A stretch of DNA of 62,468 nt from Spirochaetia bacterium (GTDB lineage: Bacteria; Spirochaetota; Spirochaetia; JABMQR01): assembly GCA_021736525.1 (NCBI GenBank), contig JAIPFR010000002.1, positions 1 to 62,468 of the forward strand, given 5' to 3'. Positions 44,139 to 54,056 of the stretch are shown here, one piece after another. The notes beneath the pieces are model-generated. The model was not told where the DNA came from. It searched no databases and saw only the letters and a list, made by a program, of their open reading frames with translations. Made by a program: the position numbers and the translations under genes. The first letter of the stretch is position 1; every line of letters starts with the position of its first letter.

Positions 44139-46267
44139 TATGGGAGAAAAAAACGGTAGACAGTACAAAGGTGCGGCAAATAAGTGAAACATACGGTATA
44201 GATCTTATTCCAGCTTCAATTCTGGAGCGGCGGGGTGTCGCTCAGCATGATGAAATCATGTTTTTTCTGGAATCGGATCTTACCTTTCTCCACAATCCTT
44301 TTCTATTTGAGGACATGGAAATTGCTGTAGACAGAATTTTAGATGCAGCGGCAGAAGGGGAAAAAGTCCGGATATTCGGAGACCGCGATGTGGACGGTAT
44401 GACATCAACAGTTATCATGCAGGAAGGCTTGAGTGAACTCGGGATTGATGTCACCTGGAAATTACCGGAGGGGGATGAACCTTACGGATTGACAAAAGAG
44501 GGGGTCCTTCAGTTTTTCGAAGAGGACGGTACCCTGATTATCACCGTTGACTGCGGTATCTCCAACCATGCGGAAATTGCCTACGCAGCAGAACTGGGTA
44601 TCGATACCATTGTTGTGGATCACCATCTATCTGATACGCTTCTACCGCCGGCCCTGGCTATTATAAATCCGAAAATTGAGGGGTGCGGGTATCCGTTCCC
44701 CCATTTGGCCGGGTGCGGAGTTGCCGTAAAGCTGATATGGGCTTTACGTTTTGCAAAAACAGACCTTTATAAGCAGGAGATGGTCCTTCTTCATGCTGAG
44801 CCGGGCAATGGTACCGTTATTATCCAGGCAGCCAAGCTGGAAAACTTGATGGAAATCGACCGGCTTACCGAAGAAATTGTGCCGGGGGTGCTGAATCTGC
44901 AGAAATCCCGTCTTGCGGATTTCTTATTGGGGCTGCCAATACTCACCTATAACCGGGATCTGGAATTTCGACAGCTGCGAGATGCTTTTGGACCAAAAGT
45001 GGATATTCATCTTATTGATGCTGCTCCCGAAATCTGGAAAGTGTTCCCGTCGCTGACTGGAAAGAGCTTGCCCCGTCTGAAGAAAATCAGCAAGTCAATG
45101 AAATACAAGCAAGGCGGCGGACAGGAACTGGATGCCTTTATCAGTCTGTTCAATGCCTATATAAAGGCCAAATATCCAAGTTTATCCGTACAGTATTCAG
45201 AACTGCTCGATCTCGTAGCAATCGGGACAATTGCCGATATGATGCCTATGAAGAACGAAAACAGAATTCTGGTCAAAAACGGCATGGATCAGCTGAACAG
45301 TGGAAATCGTCCCTCACTTGCTGCTTATTTAACTGAGCAGAATCTGATCGGAAAGCGTCTGTCAACTACTGATATCGGATGGCAAGTTTCACCATCTTTC
45401 AATGCGGCCGGTCGTCTGGGAGTGCCTCAGATTGCTGTGCAGATGCTGCTGAGTCGTGATCAGACCAGGCAGGCAGAACTTGCGCGTGAACTGATCAAGC
45501 TGAATCGGGAGAGGAAGCGAATCGGCGAGGAAGCTTGGGAACGACTCTATCCTAAAGCGGCTAAAAGTCTCACTGATCATCATAACAAGTTGATTGTACT
45601 AAATGATAAAAAACTCCACCGAGGAATAACCGGCATAATAGCAACAAGGCTGCTTAATCAGTATCGTGTTCCGGCGGTTGTAATAGCACATCTCGAGGAA
45701 AAAATGATTGGTTCTGTCCGCAGCAATCTGAGCATGAATGTCAAAGATTTTCTTGCGCAATTTGAGGATTTGCTTATTGACTACGGCGGGCATCCTCAGG
45801 CGGGCGGTTTCAGTGTGAAGCCTCACAATTTTGAGGGTTTTCTTAAACGGGTCTGGAATGCTTCCAAGGAGCTTGAAGGACTGAAGAGTGAAGAAAGGCT
45901 CGATATAGATGCCGAAATTCCTGCGTCCTACATGACTCCGGAGCTTATTAAAGTTGTAGAGATGCTGGAGCCGTATGGGGAAGAGCATCGACCGCTTCAG
46001 TTTTTGCTTCGCAATGCGGTTCTGCAGGAGGTGACGGTAATGGGCACCGGAAACGTCAGGCATCTTCGCCTGCTGGTGAGAACGGGGACTCTTGCCTGGC
46101 CGGCAGTATTCTGGCGGGCTGGGGATCGTCTTGATATGGATTTTGCACTGGGTGATCATGTAGATATGGTTTTCCGGCTTGGCAGGAATTATTTTAAGAA
46201 TACCGAAACGCTGCAGCTGACTGTTCTGGATCTTATGAGAACCGGTGCAGCATCCATAAAAGAGTAG
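44135..46267 (+). CDS. recJ: single-stranded-DNA-specific exonuclease RecJ
   Basis: 710 aa. ATG overlaps the thpR stop (ATGA). DHH motifs IFGDRDVDGMTS and IVVDHH. DHHA1 GGHPQAGG. Confidence 0.9.
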   Translation: MIWEKKTVDSTKVRQISETYGIDLIPASILERRGVAQHDEIMFFLESDLTFLHNPFLFEDMEIAVDRILDAAAEGEKVRIFGDRDVDGMTSTVIMQEGLSELGIDVTWKLPEGDEPYGLTKEGVLQFFEEDGTLIITVDCGISNHAEIAYAAELGIDTIVVDHHLSDTLLPPALAIINPKIEGCGYPFPHLAGCGVAVKLIWALRFAKTDLYKQEMVLLHAEPGNGTVIIQAAKLENLMEIDRLTEEIVPGVLNLQKSRLADFLLGLPILTYNRDLEFRQLRDAFGPKVDIHLIDAAPEIWKVFPSLTGKSLPRLKKISKSMKYKQGGGQELDAFISLFNAYIKAKYPSLSVQYSELLDLVAIGTIADMMPMKNENRILVKNGMDQLNSGNRPSLAAYLTEQNLIGKRLSTTDIGWQVSPSFNAAGRLGVPQIAVQMLLSRDQTRQAELARELIKLNRERKRIGEEAWERLYPKAAKSLTDHHNKLIVLNDKKLHRGITGIIATRLLNQYRVPAVVIAHLEEKMIGSVRSNLSMNVKDFLAQFEDLLIDYGGHPQAGGFSVKPHNFEGFLKRVWNASKELEGLKSEERLDIDAEIPASYMTPELIKVVEMLEPYGEEHRPLQFLLRNAVLQEVTVMGTGNVRHLRLLVRTGTLAWPAVFWRAGDRLDMDFALGDHVDMVFRLGRNYFKNTETLQLTVLDLMRTGAASIKE

Positions 46268-46311
46268 TGGTAGTACAGAAAGGTTTCATGTTGTATCAGG
46301 ACTTGCGCCTG

Positions 46312-46339
46312 TTGACAAACACAGAATTATAGGTAATAT
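46312..46339 (+). promoter_or_regulatory. candidate promoter for rpsU
   Basis: TTGACA (46312-46317), 16-nt spacer, TAATAT (46334-46339). Confidence 0.5.
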
Positions 46340-46394
46340 GGTTTTTGCGTGTCTCAACAGAATGAGACATGATTAATTCCCTGAGGGGAAGGGG

Positions 46395-46613
46395 GTGATT
46401 ACTATAGCTTTCGTACGTGTTGACGATAATGAACCATTGGAGAAGTCTATCAAGCGGTTCAAAAGAATGGTTGAGAAGGAAGGCATTATTCGCGAGTGGA
46501 AAAAGCGTGAATATTTTGAAAAGCCTTCTACCATAAAGAATAGAAAGAAAAAAGCTCTCGAACGGAAACAAATGAAGAAAGTTCGGAAGTTGAAAGCTAT
46601 GAAAAGTTATTAG
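46395..46613 (+). CDS. rpsU: 30S ribosomal protein S21
   Basis: 72 aa. GTG start follows [54 protein letters not shown] is the S21 signature. Confidence 0.88.
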   Translation: MITIAFVRVDDNEPLEKSIKRFKRMVEKEGIIREWKKREYFEKPSTIKNRKKKALERKQMKKVRKLKAMKSY

Positions 46614-46643
46614 CCCTTGAAGCTGATACTTCCATAATGCAAA

Positions 46644-46682
46644 AGCCGATTTCCAAAAATGCGAAGTATTTTGAAATTGGCC
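46644..46682. repeat. AT-rich palindromic element, GCGAAG-loop subtype (copy C, imperfect arms)
   Basis: AGCCGATTTCCAAAA-ATGCGAAGTA-TTTTGAAATTGGCC. Lies 31 nt after the rpsU stop and upstream of the canonical rpsU terminator. Confidence 0.8.
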
Positions 46683-46704
46683 CCAGGTTCAACCGGACCT
46701 GCCG

Positions 46705-46733
46705 AAAAGCCGCTGTTTACAGCGGCTTTTTTT
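46705..46733 (+). terminator. rho-independent terminator of rpsU
   Basis: AAAAGCCGCTG-TTTA-CAGCGGCTTTTTTT. 11-bp stem and a 7-T tail. Confidence 0.85.
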
Positions 46734-46793
46734 CTGCAAACCTATTATTCTTTTTATAAAATTACAGAATCCCTAAAAATTGTCCTTATATAT

Positions 46794-46822
46794 TTGACAT
46801 TAACTCAAGATGTGGATAGAAT
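46794..46822 (+). promoter_or_regulatory. candidate promoter for serA-serC
   Basis: TTGACA (46794-46799), 17-nt spacer, TAGAAT (46817-46822). About 30-nt leader with an AAGGAG SD. Confidence 0.5.
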
Positions 46823-46857
46823 GTTCTTGCGTTCATATTTATTTTAAGGAGTTCCTT

Positions 46858-47745
46858 ATGCTTATTCTAATTGCTGATGCGTTTGATGCGGCCATGCCCG
46901 GGCGGCTGGCGGTTTTCGGGGAAGTAACCGATGACCCTGATCGACTGTCTGAAGCCGATGTTGTGCTAGTCAGGAGTAAGACTACCTGCAGTAAAGAGTA
47001 TATCGACTCAGCTCCAAATCTCAAGCTGATCATCAGGGGGGGCGTTGGAATTGACAACATAGATAAAGAGTATGCCGAGAGCAAAGGTATTGTGGTGAGA
47101 AATACCCCGAAGGCCTCCGCTATAGCAGTTGCGGAACTTGCCTTTGCGCTTATGCTTTCAGTTCCGAACCAGATAATAAAAAGCCATAACAGTATGGCAT
47201 CCGGGAAATGGCTGAAAAAGGAGATAAAGCGTACTGAACTCTGCGGGAAGACTCTTTGTCTGCTTGGAATCGGCAATATAGCGACAAAGGTTGCTGAAAG
47301 AGCTGCAGCCTTCGGTATGCGGGTTGTAGCCTATGATAAATACGTATCACAAAGCCCGGCCGCAGAAATGATGCCGACGATAGAAGAGGCCGTTAAAGAC
47401 GCGGATTATATTTCTATGCATCTGCCGCTTACCGCAGAAACCCGTGGAATTTTTAACGAGCGCCTGATCTCAGTCTGTACCCGGAAGCCTGTGGTCATAA
47501 ATACCGGAAGGGGCGACTGTATTGATGCTGAGGCATTTGCTGACGCCCTTGCTGACGGAAGGCTGGCCTGGTACGCAGTTGATGTATGGCCAAGCGATCC
47601 TCCGGCTGAAAACTATCCGATTCTCAAGGCTCCCAATGTGACCATGACTCCTCACATTGGTGCAAGCAGCAAAGAAAATCTGCTGAGAATTGGTACAGAA
47701 GCGATAGATATTATAACAGAAGTATTGGATGGAGGAAAAGCATGA
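46858..47745 (+). CDS. serA: D-3-phosphoglycerate dehydrogenase, short form without ACT domain
   Basis: ORF 46810..47745. ATG at 46858 follows AAGGAG. NAD motif LLGIGNIATKV and catalytic PHIGASS. The function call rests on the 4-nt overlap with serC. Confidence 0.72.
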   Translation: MLILIADAFDAAMPGRLAVFGEVTDDPDRLSEADVVLVRSKTTCSKEYIDSAPNLKLIIRGGVGIDNIDKEYAESKGIVVRNTPKASAIAVAELAFALMLSVPNQIIKSHNSMASGKWLKKEIKRTELCGKTLCLLGIGNIATKVAERAAAFGMRVVAYDKYVSQSPAAEMMPTIEEAVKDADYISMHLPLTAETRGIFNERLISVCTRKPVVINTGRGDCIDAEAFADALADGRLAWYAVDVWPSDPPAENYPILKAPNVTMTPHIGASSKENLLRIGTEAIDIITEVLDGGKA

Positions 47746-48827
47746 GCAGGAAGAAGAATTTTTTCGCAGGTCCTTCCGTTTTGCCCGTAGAAGTCCTGGA
47801 AGAGCTGCATGAGCAGATACTTGACTACGAAGAAAACGGTTTTTCGATAATTGAAGCAAGTCATCGTGGAAAGGCCTTCGACAAGCTTTATCATGACTGC
47901 CTGGGAAAGATGCGCGATCTTTTGAAAATTCCCGATAACTACAGTGTCTTTTTTCTTGGCGGCGGAGCTACCCTGCAGTTTGCAATGATCCCTATGAACT
48001 TCCTTCCTGTCGGTAAAACTGCTGATTATGTTAAGTCCGGGGCCTGGTCAAACAAGGCGTGTGATGACGCAATGAAGCTTGGCAATGTACGAATCGCCTT
48101 TGACGGTAAAGGGAGTAACTATTCATCGCTGCCTGACCCCGAAAAGCTTAGTGTACCGGAAGATTCAGCCTATCTGTATCTCTGTTCAAATGAGACGATA
48201 GGGGGTATAGAGTGGCAGCAGTGGCCGAATACAGGCGATGTGCCTCTGATAGCAGACATGTCCAGCGATATCTTCAGTCGACCCGTTCCAGTGGAGAAGT
48301 TTGCCATGATTTACGGCGGCGTGCAAAAGAACCTTGGTCCTGCTGGAGCAACTTTTATCATTATCCGGAATGACATGCTGGACCGTATTCCTGAAGGATT
48401 GCCGGTGTATCTCGACTATCGGACTCATGCCGAATCTGACGGGCTGTACAACACTCCGCCGGTTTTCTCTATCTGGGCAGTCAAGCTGGTTCTGGACTGG
48501 ATAGAAAATATGGGCGGTGTTAAAGCCATGCAGGAGCGTGCTCTGCTCAAAGCTGGTATTCTCTATAACGTCATTGAACAAAGTGAAGGATTTTACCGAT
48601 CTCCTGTTGATCCTTCTTTCCGTTCCAATATGAATATTGTATTTCGTTTGCCGACCGAGGAACTGGAAGCGGAATTTATTAAAGAGGCTGGGCTGCGTGA
48701 TATGCTGGGTCTTAAGGGGCACCGTAGTGTTGGCGGATGCAGAGCTTCTGTGTATAATGCCCTTCCCGTGAGTGATGTGGAAGAGCTTGCCCGATTTATG
48801 GAAGAGTTTGCAGCCCGGAATAAATAA
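47742..48827 (+). CDS. serC: 3-phosphoserine aminotransferase
   Basis: 361 aa. NFFAGPSVLP N-terminus, GGGATLQF, and the PLP-Lys region YGGVQKNLGPAG. Confidence 0.9.
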   Translation: MSRKKNFFAGPSVLPVEVLEELHEQILDYEENGFSIIEASHRGKAFDKLYHDCLGKMRDLLKIPDNYSVFFLGGGATLQFAMIPMNFLPVGKTADYVKSGAWSNKACDDAMKLGNVRIAFDGKGSNYSSLPDPEKLSVPEDSAYLYLCSNETIGGIEWQQWPNTGDVPLIADMSSDIFSRPVPVEKFAMIYGGVQKNLGPAGATFIIIRNDMLDRIPEGLPVYLDYRTHAESDGLYNTPPVFSIWAVKLVLDWIENMGGVKAMQERALLKAGILYNVIEQSEGFYRSPVDPSFRSNMNIVFRLPTEELEAEFIKEAGLRDMLGLKGHRSVGGCRASVYNALPVSDVEELARFMEEFAARNK

Positions 48828-48886
48828 AAAGGAAGAGGAATAACACGATTGTCTTTCCATCTCGTGTTTTCCTGAAAGGACTATGT

Positions 48887-49336
48887 ATGAAAATTGATGA
48901 AATGAATTTTGCCATTATTAAGCAGCTCAGGGATGGAAGAAAATCCTACAGTTCCATAGCGGAAGAACTCTCGGTTACCGAAAACACTGTCCGTTCACGG
49001 GTTAATAAGCTTGTTGAAGAGCGGGTGCTTGAATTCACAGGGCTTGTTGATCCGGAAGCACTGCCGGGAGTTCAGATTGTTGTCATGGGGGTCAAGCTCA
49101 AGACAATGGATCTCGGACGGAAAGCCAAAGAATTTACCCGACTTAAAGGCGTAATTTCAGCAGCTGTTATAACCGGCAGGTATGATCTTTTAGTTCAGGT
49201 TATTCTTAACGAAGATGAGGACTACTCACTTCTGGATTTCTTTACAAAAGAATTGGTTAAAATAGCGGAAATACAGGATGTAGAAACATTTGTCGTGTAT
49301 CAGTCTTATGGTCTCAGGGTTCCCTATATTCTTTAG
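48887..49336 (+). CDS. Lrp/AsnC-family transcriptional regulator
   Basis: 149 aa. HTH (IIKQLRDGRKSYSSIAEELSVTENTVRSRVNKL) followed by a RAM/AsnC_trans_reg domain. Lies 23 nt upstream of gcvT. Confidence 0.85.
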   Translation: MKIDEMNFAIIKQLRDGRKSYSSIAEELSVTENTVRSRVNKLVEERVLEFTGLVDPEALPGVQIVVMGVKLKTMDLGRKAKEFTRLKGVISAAVITGRYDLLVQVILNEDEDYSLLDFFTKELVKIAEIQDVETFVVYQSYGLRVPYIL

Positions 49337-49359
49337 CACAAACGGGTAAGGAGGTTGAT

Positions 49360-50499
49360 ATGAAGCGGACTCCGCTTTATGACGTCTATTCCGCATATGA
49401 AGGGGTTAAGATAATTGAATTCGGCGGCTGGGAGCTGCCGGTTAATTACAAGGCTGGTATTATCAGTGAACACAACGCTGTGAGAAATGCTGCCGGCATG
49501 TTTGATGTATCCCATATGGGGGAAATAATTGTAAGTGGACAGGGGAGCGGCGAATATGTTAATTGGCTGGTAACCAATGACCTCTCGCACCTTGGGATTG
49601 GTGAAGTTATTTATTCCCCCATGTGCTACCCTGACGGCAGCGTGGTTGATGACCTGATTGTCTATCGCTTGGATAGTGATGTTTATTTTCTTGTGGTAAA
49701 TGCATCTAATACCGACAAGGATTATGACTGGATAGCAAGGGAAAACCCTGTTGCATCAAGTGGAATGCTTCCCGACAGTGTTGCTGTCGAGAATGTATCG
49801 GCCAATTACTGCCAGATAGCAGTGCAGGGACCGGCTGCAGAGAAAATCATCTCCAGTCTTTATCCTGCCGCAGGTGCAGTCGGATTCTTTACTTTTCACA
49901 GAGATGCGGAAATAGCTGGCTGCAGGGTGATTTTGTCCCGAACCGGATATACCGGTGAGGATGGATTTGAGATATACGGTGCTGCAGAATCAGCCCCGGC
50001 TATCTGGAATGCCGTCATAGAAGCCGGCAAGCCTTATAATCTGCTCCCCTGCGGTCTGGGAGCAAGGGATACCTTGCGTCTCGAGGCCAAGCTGCCGCTT
50101 TACGGACATGAAATCAGTGCGGAAATATCACCTCTTGAGGCAAATCTCTCGTACTTCGTCAACCTGGACGCCGGTGATTTCTGCGGGAGGGACGCCCTGC
50201 TTAAAGAAAAAGAAGAAGGCATACCACGTACCCTTCGTGGAATAAAAATGATTGACAAGGGCGTCGCCCGTCAGGGTTATCCTGTCTATCTTACTGGTGA
50301 GAATCAGGCGACAGGGATGGTTACCAGTGGGGCTAAATCTCCCGTTCTTGACGAATTTATTGGTCTTGTGCTGATAAAAAGGGGGACTGGTCTCAAAATT
50401 GGTGATACACTGGAAATCGAGATACACGGCAAGCGTAAAAAAGCTGAGCTTGTTAAAACACCATTTTATAAAAAAAAGTATGTGCAGTCCGGCCAATAA
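49360..50499 (+). CDS. gcvT: glycine cleavage system aminomethyltransferase (T protein)
   Basis: 379 aa. MKRTPLYDVY...FGGWELPVNY...HNAVRNAAGMFDVSHMG. Confidence 0.92.
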   Translation: MKRTPLYDVYSAYEGVKIIEFGGWELPVNYKAGIISEHNAVRNAAGMFDVSHMGEIIVSGQGSGEYVNWLVTNDLSHLGIGEVIYSPMCYPDGSVVDDLIVYRLDSDVYFLVVNASNTDKDYDWIARENPVASSGMLPDSVAVENVSANYCQIAVQGPAAEKIISSLYPAAGAVGFFTFHRDAEIAGCRVILSRTGYTGEDGFEIYGAAESAPAIWNAVIEAGKPYNLLPCGLGARDTLRLEAKLPLYGHEISAEISPLEANLSYFVNLDAGDFCGRDALLKEKEEGIPRTLRGIKMIDKGVARQGYPVYLTGENQATGMVTSGAKSPVLDEFIGLVLIKRGTGLKIGDTLEIEIHGKRKKAELVKTPFYKKKYVQSGQ

Positions 50500-50552
50500 T
50501 ATTGACAGTCAGGACGGATCAGTTGAAATGGATTACATACAGGAGGAAAACT

Positions 50553-50942
50553 ATGAGCAACGTTGTTAAAGGATTGATGTATACAAAAAAGCATGAGTGG
50601 GTAAAGATTGAGGACAGTAAGGCCCGTATCGGTATTACCGACTTTGCCCAGGAAGAGCTTGGAGAAATCGTATTTGTGGAGTTACCGGAAGTTGGCGGGA
50701 CGTATGCCGCAGATGATGAAATTGCCAGCTTGGAATCGGTTAAGGCTGCCGCTGCCATGTACAATCCTCTGTCAGGCGAAGTAGCTGAAGTTAATGAAGA
50801 GCTGGAAGACTCACCGGAACTGATAAACGATGATCCCTATGAAAACTATATATATGTGCTGACTTTCTCGGATCCGGCAGAAATTGAAGATCTGCTTGAT
50901 TCTGATGGGTATTCAGCCTTTCTGGATACGTTGGAGGACTGA
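50553..50942 (+). CDS. gcvH: glycine cleavage system H protein
   Basis: ORF 50502..50942. ATG at 50553 follows AGGAGG. YTKKHEWVK, ITDFAQEELGEIVFVELPE and the lipoyl-Lys motif LESVKAA. Confidence 0.92.
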   Translation: MSNVVKGLMYTKKHEWVKIEDSKARIGITDFAQEELGEIVFVELPEVGGTYAADDEIASLESVKAAAAMYNPLSGEVAEVNEELEDSPELINDDPYENYIYVLTFSDPAEIEDLLDSDGYSAFLDTLED

Positions 50943-50954
50943 AAAAGAGTTATT

Positions 50955-52325
50955 ATGACATCCTATATACCACATTCAGACGAAGATGTAAGGGCGATGC
51001 TTTCTGCTGTCGGGGCAGCTTCCCTTGAGGAACTGTTCTCCGACGTCCCGAAAGAATTGCTGCTTAAAAAAGATCTCGATATTCCCGAGGGAATGTCTGA
51101 AGAGGAAGTACTGAAAATCGTACGCAGCTTTGCCTCGATGAACACACTGGCCACTTCATATCTCGGCTGCGGATCATATGATCGAATCATTCCTTCAGCA
51201 GTAGGGAGTATTGCCTCGCTGCCGACATTTGAGACAGCCTATACGCCCTACCAGCCGGAAATATCGCAAGGCCTGCTGCAGGCTATTTTTGAATTTCAGA
51301 CAATGATTTGTGAGCTTACCGGACTCGATGTCTCTAATGCATCCCTCTATGACGGCCATACAGCCGCCTCGGAAGCTGCTGCTATGTGCTTCAACCAGCG
51401 CAGAAAGTCAACGACCTTTCTTGTATCACCCACGGTGCATCCATTTACCATACAGGTGTTGAAAACCTATTTTGCAGATATGACTGAGGGGGAGGGATTC
51501 AAGATTGAAGTGCTGCCGGAAAAAAACGGACTTCCCGACCTTTCCGGCCTCGACAGCTATCTTGATGAGACGCTTGCCGGACTCCTTTTGCAGTCACCCA
51601 ACATCTACGGAATTATTGAGGATTATACCGGGCTAGCCGATAAGCTCCATGCTGAGGGGGCTCTGCTGGTGATATCTTCGGATCCCATGGCTATGGGAGC
51701 GGTCAAATCTCAGGGTGAGTGGGGGGCAGATATAGCTGTAGGTGACACTCAGCCGTTCGGTCTTCATCAGGCCTTTGGCGGACCCACAGCCGGTTACATG
51801 GCTGCCAGGGAAAAGCTTCTGAGGAAGATGCCGGGAAGAATTTCAGGCGAGACTGTAGATGTAGATGGCAAACGGGCTTTTGTCCTTACCCTGCAAGCCC
51901 GTGAGCAGCATATAAAACGTGAGAGAGCTACTTCAAACATTTGTTCTAATCAGGCTCTCGCAGCCCTTGCAACTTCTGTCTATATATCGATGGCAGGTTG
52001 GGCAGGAATTCAGGAAGCAGCTGATTTATCTTATCGAAAAGCACACTATCTTGCCGGTCGACTTGAATCCGAACTCGGTCTGAAACGTCTGTTTGATGCA
52101 CCTTTTTTTGATGAGTTCACCATTGACCTTGGCAGCCGGAAGGCAGCAGAGGCTTTTCTCTCTGCCATGAAAGAGCGGGGGATTTTTGCCGGAGTGCACC
52201 TGGGCGCCCTTTCGTCAGGACGTGACGGGATGATAGCTGTCGCTGTTACTGAAAAACGAACCAGGGAAGAACTTGACGCATATGTTACGATGGCAAAAGC
52301 ATCAAAGGAGGCTGCAGGTGAATAA
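50955..52325 (+). CDS. gcvPA: glycine dehydrogenase (aminomethyl-transferring) subunit 1
   Basis: 456 aa. [17 protein letters not shown] and [22 protein letters not shown]. Confidence 0.92.
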   Translation: MTSYIPHSDEDVRAMLSAVGAASLEELFSDVPKELLLKKDLDIPEGMSEEEVLKIVRSFASMNTLATSYLGCGSYDRIIPSAVGSIASLPTFETAYTPYQPEISQGLLQAIFEFQTMICELTGLDVSNASLYDGHTAASEAAAMCFNQRRKSTTFLVSPTVHPFTIQVLKTYFADMTEGEGFKIEVLPEKNGLPDLSGLDSYLDETLAGLLLQSPNIYGIIEDYTGLADKLHAEGALLVISSDPMAMGAVKSQGEWGADIAVGDTQPFGLHQAFGGPTAGYMAAREKLLRKMPGRISGETVDVDGKRAFVLTLQAREQHIKRERATSNICSNQALAALATSVYISMAGWAGIQEAADLSYRKAHYLAGRLESELGLKRLFDAPFFDEFTIDLGSRKAAEAFLSAMKERGIFAGVHLGALSSGRDGMIAVAVTEKRTREELDAYVTMAKASKEAAGE

Positions 52326-53811
52326 TCAATCAGTAGCAATGCTATCGAAAACACACGAGGAACCATTGATATTTGCACGTTCTCGTGAAGGCAGACGAGC
52401 CTTCAGATTTCCAGCCTGTGATATCCCTGAAGAATATCCAATTCCGGAAATACCCGGGAACTGTCGGAGAAGTGTTAAGCCGGCTCTCCCTGAACTAGCT
52501 GAAATTGATATAATTCGTCACTATAACCGTTTGGCAAAAAAGAGCTTTGGAGTTGACCTGGGGTTTTATCCGCTGGGATCTTGTACCATGAAGTATAATC
52601 CTAAAGTGAATGATGCCGCATCCATGCTGGAAGGCTTTACTGAAATCCATCCTCTTCAGGCTGCCGATACAGTTCAGGGAGCTCTCAAGCTGCTGCACGA
52701 GCTGATAGGTTACTTGTGTGAGATTACCGGTCTGCGATGGGGTACTCTCCAGCCATTTGCCGGTGCTCATGGTGAGTATACCGGAATGAAACTGTTCCGG
52801 GCCTACTTTACGCACAGGGGAGAGACAGACCGCAACAACTTGATTGTTCCCTCCTCTTCGCATGGAACTAACCCCGCTTCAGCCCATATTGCCGGCTTCA
52901 ATGTGATCGAACTTCCTGCAGATGAGCGAGGCATGGTAGCTCCTGAATACCTTGACCCATACCTGAATGATACGCTGGCTGGCATTATGCTGACAAATCC
53001 CAATACTCTTGGTCTTTTTGAAAAAGATATATTGACTGTTGCCCGGAAAGTTCACAAAGCTGGCGGGCTTCTCTATTATGATGGGGCCAATATGAATGCC
53101 ATTATGGGCAAAGTGCGCCCGGGGGATATGGGTTTCGATGTGGTTCACCTGAACCTCCATAAAACATTCTCAACTCCGCATGGCGGAGGAGGGCCGGGCG
53201 CAGGGCCGATCCTTGTTTCAGACAGACTTATTCCCTATCTGCCGGTACCTGATATTTCCCTGGTTAAAGGAACGTATGCATTTGACTGGGATAAACCATT
53301 GACTATTGGGAAAATATCAGGATTTAACGGCAATTTTGGAATCCTGCTTCGAGCCTATACATATATACGGGTTATGGGTCGGGACGGTCTTAAGAAAGCC
53401 TCGGAAATGGCGGTTCTGAATGCCAACTATTTGCGGGTGAGGCTGATGAACCATTATGAACTGACCTATCCCGGTATCTGTAAACATGAATTTGTATTGT
53501 CAGCAAAGAAGATCAAGGAAGAAGCGGGGGTTTCAGCAATGGATATCGCCAAAGGGCTGCTTGATTATGGCATTCATCCGCCAACTATGTATTTTCCGCT
53601 GATAGTACCGGAAGCGTTGATGATCGAACCCACTGAAACAGAAACAAAAGAGACATTGGATGAATTTGCCGATATCATGATTCATCTTGCCGAAACAGCT
53701 TATAAGGATCCCGAAGCACTCCATGCGGCCCCCGTAACGACCCCGGTACGCAGGGTTGATGAAGTACTTGCAGCCAGAAAACCAGTTGTACGTTATAGAA
53801 AAGAGCTGTAA
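52318..53811 (+). CDS. gcvPB: glycine dehydrogenase (aminomethyl-transferring) subunit 2
   Basis: ORF 52273..53811. GTG at 52318 lies 7 nt after AAGGAGG and overlaps the gcvPA stop; ATG at 52339 is the alternative. [10 protein letters not shown] and the PLP-Lys region [18 protein letters not shown]. Confidence 0.9.
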   Translation: MNNQSVAMLSKTHEEPLIFARSREGRRAFRFPACDIPEEYPIPEIPGNCRRSVKPALPELAEIDIIRHYNRLAKKSFGVDLGFYPLGSCTMKYNPKVNDAASMLEGFTEIHPLQAADTVQGALKLLHELIGYLCEITGLRWGTLQPFAGAHGEYTGMKLFRAYFTHRGETDRNNLIVPSSSHGTNPASAHIAGFNVIELPADERGMVAPEYLDPYLNDTLAGIMLTNPNTLGLFEKDILTVARKVHKAGGLLYYDGANMNAIMGKVRPGDMGFDVVHLNLHKTFSTPHGGGGPGAGPILVSDRLIPYLPVPDISLVKGTYAFDWDKPLTIGKISGFNGNFGILLRAYTYIRVMGRDGLKKASEMAVLNANYLRVRLMNHYELTYPGICKHEFVLSAKKIKEEAGVSAMDIAKGLLDYGIHPPTMYFPLIVPEALMIEPTETETKETLDEFADIMIHLAETAYKDPEALHAAPVTTPVRRVDEVLAARKPVVRYRKEL

Positions 53812-53832
53812 ATAGTAAGGAACTCGACCGAA

Positions 53833-53880
53833 GGGATTCAGATGCGGCTGCTCAAAGAAGCCTGTCTGGGTCCCTTTTTA
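53833..53880 (+). terminator. candidate terminator after gcvPB
   Basis: GGGATTCAGA (53833-53842) pairs with TCTGGGTCCC (53865-53874), including two G-U pairs. Followed by TTTTTATTAT. Confidence 0.45.
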
Positions 53881-54056
53881 TTATGAATTCGGCCATCGGC
53901 GTGGTTCAGAACGGATATTCTGATAAATAGTCATAAAGTGTTGTTTTATGCGGCAAAGATTTGTACAATGAAACTGCAGAATTGGGGAATGATTCTGACA
54001 GCTGGTTTGCAGAAGCTGTTCCCATTAATGGCACTATTCGAATTGGAGGGGTATAC

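Noticed and set aside
46296-46571. ORF 46296..46571(-), 91 aa, overlapping rpsU.
   Set aside because: It lies opposite the clearly conserved S21 gene and its promoter. It has no SD and a hydrophobic nonsense-like translation.
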